The translations under genes were made by a program, and so were the position numbers. From assembly GCA_002269645.1 (NCBI GenBank), contig NIVC01000135.1, positions 124,001-188,000 on the forward strand: 64,000 nt of DNA, in the 5' to 3' direction. The notes under the pieces were generated by a model. That model had not been told where the DNA came from, did not search any database, and saw only the letters and a program-made list of their open reading frames with translations. The stretch comes from Macrostomum lignano (Eukaryota). This document shows, one piece after another, positions 59,527 to 64,000 of the stretch. Position 1 is the stretch's first letter; every line of letters starts with the position of its first letter.

Positions 59527-60411
59527 TATTGATAATTCTTAAAACTTGAAGAGCAGTACCGGTATATAGAAAATAAAATTTCAAATGCATTCAATGAACT
59601 CACCAAAATGTCAATGAAGCTGAAAAGATTAGAGCTGTGGCAAATCCTAGCTATTATCAATATCTGCCTCTTCTAAAAGCAGAACAGCTAGTCGTTGGCA
59701 AGGAAAATTTTTTATTTCCTCTGTTCCGCTTATCGTTGAGAACTCTTTATTAGAGCTTCGTACTAGCAGCTCCCGCGCTTCCTTTTTGAGTCATTTTAAC
59801 CATTGGGTTGCACGGATCTCCGCAGCCTGCAGCTCCGCTGATTCGTCTCTTTCGCGCATCTCTCGACGATCGTCCCCGACTCAAATCATAAAATCCATCT
59901 TTTGCGGAAATGCGAGGCGCCGCACGATCCCTCCGGGAATTGAAATCCCCCCTCATATTTTTTCTCCCGTGTGTCCAATCAGGCAGTCTGGGGAACATTT
60001 CATTCAAATCTCGAACCACACAGCGGAATTCGAGTTCCTACAGGAACTTAAAACTATTTGAATTTAAGAAAAAAAGGAGCTGGTTGAGATAATATAGTTA
60101 TACTTTTAGCTTACGCTGAATATACAGCTAGGGTTACATGCAAATCGCTTGATTGGAATTTACTGTATAAATTAAAATAGAGCTGAATTAACATACCGAG
60201 TAAAATATTTAATTTATATCAAATAATGCTATAAGTAGGGGAATTTAATAGTGTACAAAAATAATGAAAATATGACCGCATCTACATGAAATATGTACAT
60301 GTATTGCGGCGAATCTGAAAAGCTGCGGTGGCTGTTTAGTCCCAAATTAAGGATCGACTGCATGGGCCGGAGTCACCACACACACACGTACGGCCCTCAA
60401 TTACTCGTACC

Positions 60412-60590
60412 CTAGCTAGCTAATGCTCTGGCACCCATTTTACAGCAGGGTAAACTGAAGCAATGCAGAGAATTATTTAAGTGTCTCGCTCTAGGACACA
60501 AATATTGTTCTAGTGGATCGGGATCGTCGAACCACCGACCTTCAAGTCGTGAGTCCGACGTCGCTATAATTACCACTAGGCTACAACCCC
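60412..60590 (-). mobile_element. tRNA-derived SINE with CORE-like domain
   Basis: On the minus strand: A-box TAGCCTAGTGG and B-box-like GGTTCGACGATCCC, then TGTGTCCTAGAGCGAGACACTTAA..TCTCTG..GCTTCAGTTTACCCTGCTGTAAAATGGG. The latter resembles the MIR/CORE consensus (...CTTAACCTCTCTG.GCCTCAGTTTCCTCATCTGTAAAATGGG). Confidence 0.65.
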
Positions 60591-61339
60591 ACGTCGACGT
60601 CGCTGTAATTCTCGTCGGCGCCGCTGGCTTCTTCGTCACATGTACAGTACATGTGATCATCATATAGCACTTGTCCTTTAGCATCTTCGAGGAATATTGA
60701 TCCTTCACCTACATGTACATGTATAATGAGATGTGTGTAACATTATATGCGACTCCAGCTAGAAAGTGGAATAGAGCTGGGGTTTGGATATAAATTTTGT
60801 GCATGTACTGTACATGTATTTTGTAGTGTTTTAAAATAAAACTTGTATAATTAAAACAGGCCTAAACAAGAATAAAATACATACGAATAATATATGAGTG
60901 TCGCGTCCTTTCTCCTTAAGTTGACCTTGTTACGGGCTAAAAGCGTAAATATCTTATTATAGATGCAAAGAATTACTACGTAAATGAAATTATAATTTTA
61001 CCGGCGTTATCTGAGCTCAGCGTTATAACTAAATGAAAAAGTCACAATATTTTTAGTCACAATGCTAGATAGCTTTTCACCTATTTTTGCTGCGAGTTAA
61101 GAGTATAATTTTATTTCAGTCTAATCATAACACTAACGCTTTGAGAAAATCGAGTGCTCTTTATAGTTTAATATTTTTGTTTCCCGTTTTTTTTGCAATC
61201 AAAATATCTTTTCCTACAAAAAGTGAATCGTGATTGCAGCTGTTTTTGTATGTTTTTATTTCTTAAATGATATAATTATTTGGTTACACTGACAAACTTT
61301 TTCTATGATTTGCAATATAGCGAACACCAAACTCAAATA

Positions 61340-61415
61340 AATAAAATATAAAATATAAAATATAAAATATAAAATATAAAATATAAAAATATATAAAATA
61401 TAAAATAAAATATAA
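61340..61415 (+). repeat. (AAAATAT)n AT-rich microsatellite
   Basis: Directly visible. Confidence 0.85.
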
Positions 61416-61962
61416 ACACGTGCATTGCTATTGAAAAAGAAATACGAAACTTTTTATTTTTTTCTGCATTCTCATTTCTGTTTATGTAATTAGACATTAG
61501 ATAAAAAGTAAACTTTAAGGATATTACATTTAATTAGAATTTTCTGCCATTCTTCTTTGCATGCATGAGTATAATTATGCAATATATTTTTGTACAAAAA
61601 TTATAGTTCATTATTAAAAATAGTTTAATAAAATAGAAATGATTTTATTTCTTCATTATTGACTTTTTCGTCACTTTATGGATTTTAATGTTGATTTGCT
61701 GTCATATTTCTATGCCTACTTTAATGATTAACTAATAATACAAAAATTTTATGTTATTGGCAAGATGGCAATTTAAATAAATTAGGTCTATTCAACAATA
61801 TAACCAATATTTTTCTTTGGCTATCCTGAAAAATCCTGATTAAACTCTGAGCTTTATTAGTTTTTATTTTCTTGCCCATTTTCATGCCAAGGACGCCAGC
61901 TGACCTGATTGCATCAGCAGGCTTGGCTTGAAATTGATCTATAAATTCTGCAAGTCCCCGAA

Positions 61963-62169
61963 ATGGAGGACATCCAGCAGCAGCAGCAGCAGCAGCAGAA
62001 GCGCAAAACAGTTGAAGTTCTGGGAGTTGGCGAGGTGCCAGTCGTGCCTGACCAGTGCTCCGTGGTTTTTGTCATTCGCTCCACCAAGGAGACTGTCGAG
62101 GAGGCCAACGCCAGCGCCATCAAGCGGTACAACTACCTGCTGCAACTGCTGGGCAACTCGCATATCAAG
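61963..62169 (+). CDS. IRAK1BP1: IRAK1-binding protein 1 / SIMPL-domain (DUF541) protein, first coding exon
   Basis: MEDIQ(8)KRKTVEVLGVGEVPVVPDQCSVVFVIRSTKETVEEANASAIKRYNYLLQLL resembles the IRAK1BP1 pattern V.V.G..EV...PD...V...V.STKE...EA..S...R.DY..Q.L. Donor AAG|GTGCGG. The gene continues beyond the window. Confidence 0.8.
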
Positions 62170-62209
62170 GTGCGGGCTAGCTGGATTTGTGATTAACTAG
62201 ATTTTGGAT

Positions 62210-64000
62210 TGGAGCTGGAGTGTGGCGTGTGGATTAGCTAGAGTGTGGAGTAGCTGGAGTGTGGATTAGCTGGAGTGTGGATTAGCTGGAGTGTGGAGTA
62301 GCTGGAGTGTTGTGGAGTAGCTGGAGTGTGGATTAGCTAGAGTGTGGATTAGCTGGAGTGTGGATTAGCTGGAGTGTGGATTAGCTGGAGTGTGGATTAG
62401 CTGGAGTGTGGATTAGCTGGAGTGTGGATTAGCGGGAGTGTTGTGGAGTAGCTGGAGTGTGGATTAGCTGGAGTGTGGATTAGCTAGAGTGTGGATTAGC
62501 TAGAGTGTGGATTAGCTGGAGTGTCGATTAGCTGGAGTGTGGATTAGCTGGAGTGTGGATTAGCTGGAGTGTGTGTGGATTAGCTGGAGTGTGGATTAGC
62601 TGGAGTGTGGAGTAGCTGAAGTGTGTGTGTGTGGATTAGCTGGAGTGTGGAGTAGCTGGAGTGTGGAGTAGCTGGAGTGTGGAGTAGCTGGAGTGTGGAG
62701 TAGCTGGAGTGTGGAGTAGCTGGAGTGTGGAGTAGCTGGAGTGTGGAGTAGCTGGAGTGTGGAGTAGCTGGAGTGTGGAGTAGCTGGAGTGTGGATTAGC
62801 TGGAGTGTGGAGTAGCTGGAGTGTGGATTAGCTGGAGTGTGGAGTAGCTGAAGTGTGTGTGTGTGGATTAGCTGGAGTGTGGAGTAGCTGGAGTGTGGAG
62901 TAGCTGGAGTGTGGAGTAGCTGGAGTGTGGATTAGCTGGAGTGTGGATTAGCTGGAGTCTGGATTAGCTGGAGTGTGGATTAGCTGGAGTGTGGATTAGC
63001 TGGAGTGTGGATTAGCGGGAGTGTTGTGGAGTAGCTGGAGTGTGGATTAGCTGGAGTGTGGATTAACTAGAGTGTGGATTAGCTAGAGTGTGGATTAGCT
63101 GGAGTGTCGATTAGCTGGAGTGTGGATTAGCTGGAGTGTGGATTAGCTGGAGTGTGTGTGGATTAGCTGGAGTGTGGATTAGCTGGAGTGTGGAGTAGCT
63201 GAAGTGTGTGTGTGTGTGAATTAGCTGGAGTGTGGAGTAGCTGGAGTGTGGAGTAGCTGGAGTGTGGAGTAGCTGGAGTGTGGAGTAGCTGGAGTGTGGA
63301 GTAGCTGGAGTGTGGAGTAGCTGGAGTGTGGAGTAGCTGAAGTGTGGATTAGCTGGAGTGTGGAGTAGCTGGAGTGTGGATTAGCTGGAGTGTGGAGTAG
63401 CTGAAGTGTGTGTGTGTGGATTAGCTGGAGTGTGGAGTAGCTGGAGTGTGGAGTAGCTGGAGTGTGGAGTAGCTGGAGTGTGGAGTAGCTGGAGTGTGGA
63501 TTAGCTGGAGTGTGGATTAGCTGGAGTCTGGATTAGCTGGAGTGTGGATTAGCTGGAGTGTGGATTAGCTGGAGTGTGGATTAGCGGGAGTGTTGTGGAG
63601 TAGCTGGAGTGTGGATTAGCTGGAGTGTGGATTAGCTAGAGTGTGGATTAGCTAGAGTGTGGATTAGCTGGAGTGTCGATTAGCTGGAGTGTGGATTAGC
63701 TGGAGTGTGGATTAGCTGGAGTGTGTGTGGATTAGCTGGATTGTGGATTAGCTGGAGTGTGGAGTAGCTGAAGTGTGTGTGTGTGTGTGGATTAGCTGGA
63801 GTGTGGAGTAGCTGGAGTGTGGAGTAGCTGGAGTGTGGAGTAGCTGGAGTGTGGAGTAGCTGGAGTGTGGAGTAGCTGGAGTGTGGAGTAGCTGGAGTGT
63901 GGAGTAGCTGAAGTGTGGATTAGCTGGAGTGTGGAGTAGCTGGAGTGTGGATTAGCTGGAGTGTGGAGTAGCTGAAGTGTGTGTGTGTGGATTAGCTGGA
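62210..64000 (+). repeat. 16-bp minisatellite (GTGTGGA(T/G)TAGCTGGA) in the IRAK1BP1 intron
   Basis: Directly visible; runs to the window end. Confidence 0.97.

Noticed and set aside
59763-59790. Minus-strand ...GAAGCGCGGGAGCTGCTAG|T resembling a Helitron 3' end
   Set aside because: The left arm of the hairpin and a matching 5' end are not evident.

Overview
Eukaryotic (invertebrate metazoan) genomic DNA, heavily repeat-loaded. The intron-filling minisatellites and overall style resemble the free-living flatworm Macrostomum, but that is inference only. The window has four parts. (1) 1-31.3 kb is a Helitron-dominated zone. It holds several non-autonomous Helitrons joined exactly head-to-tail (CTAG|TC at 2875/2876 and, on the minus strand, 18034/18033), plus a 5-unit, 11.9-kb train at 19333-31260. 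It also holds a decayed minus-strand Helitron gene (basic repeats, two OTU-like segments, a Cys motif and a Helitron_like_N-type region) that lacks HUH/helicase sequence and runs instead into an unrecognised multi-exon gene, plus an RPA70-like OB-fold exon. (2) 32.9-45.7 kb is an intact 3-exon GDP-L-fucose synthase gene (328 aa). Its 11.15-kb intron 2 carries a series of antisense DNA-transposon-type remnants: THAP-like, DDE/SWIM-type, two tandem paralogous BEN/DUF4806-like genes, and a P-element transposase C-terminus. (3) 46.6-55.7 kb is an intact 5-exon calmodulin-like gene (minus, 165 aa). Every intron carries its own minisatellite, and intron 2 holds a complete young Ty3/Gypsy element (identical 271-bp LTRs, 5-bp TSD, single gag-pol ORF). 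(4) 56-64 kb contains more minisatellites, a CORE-like tRNA SINE and the first coding exon of an IRAK1BP1/SIMPL-like gene. Most ORFs in the supplied track are artefacts of repeats.
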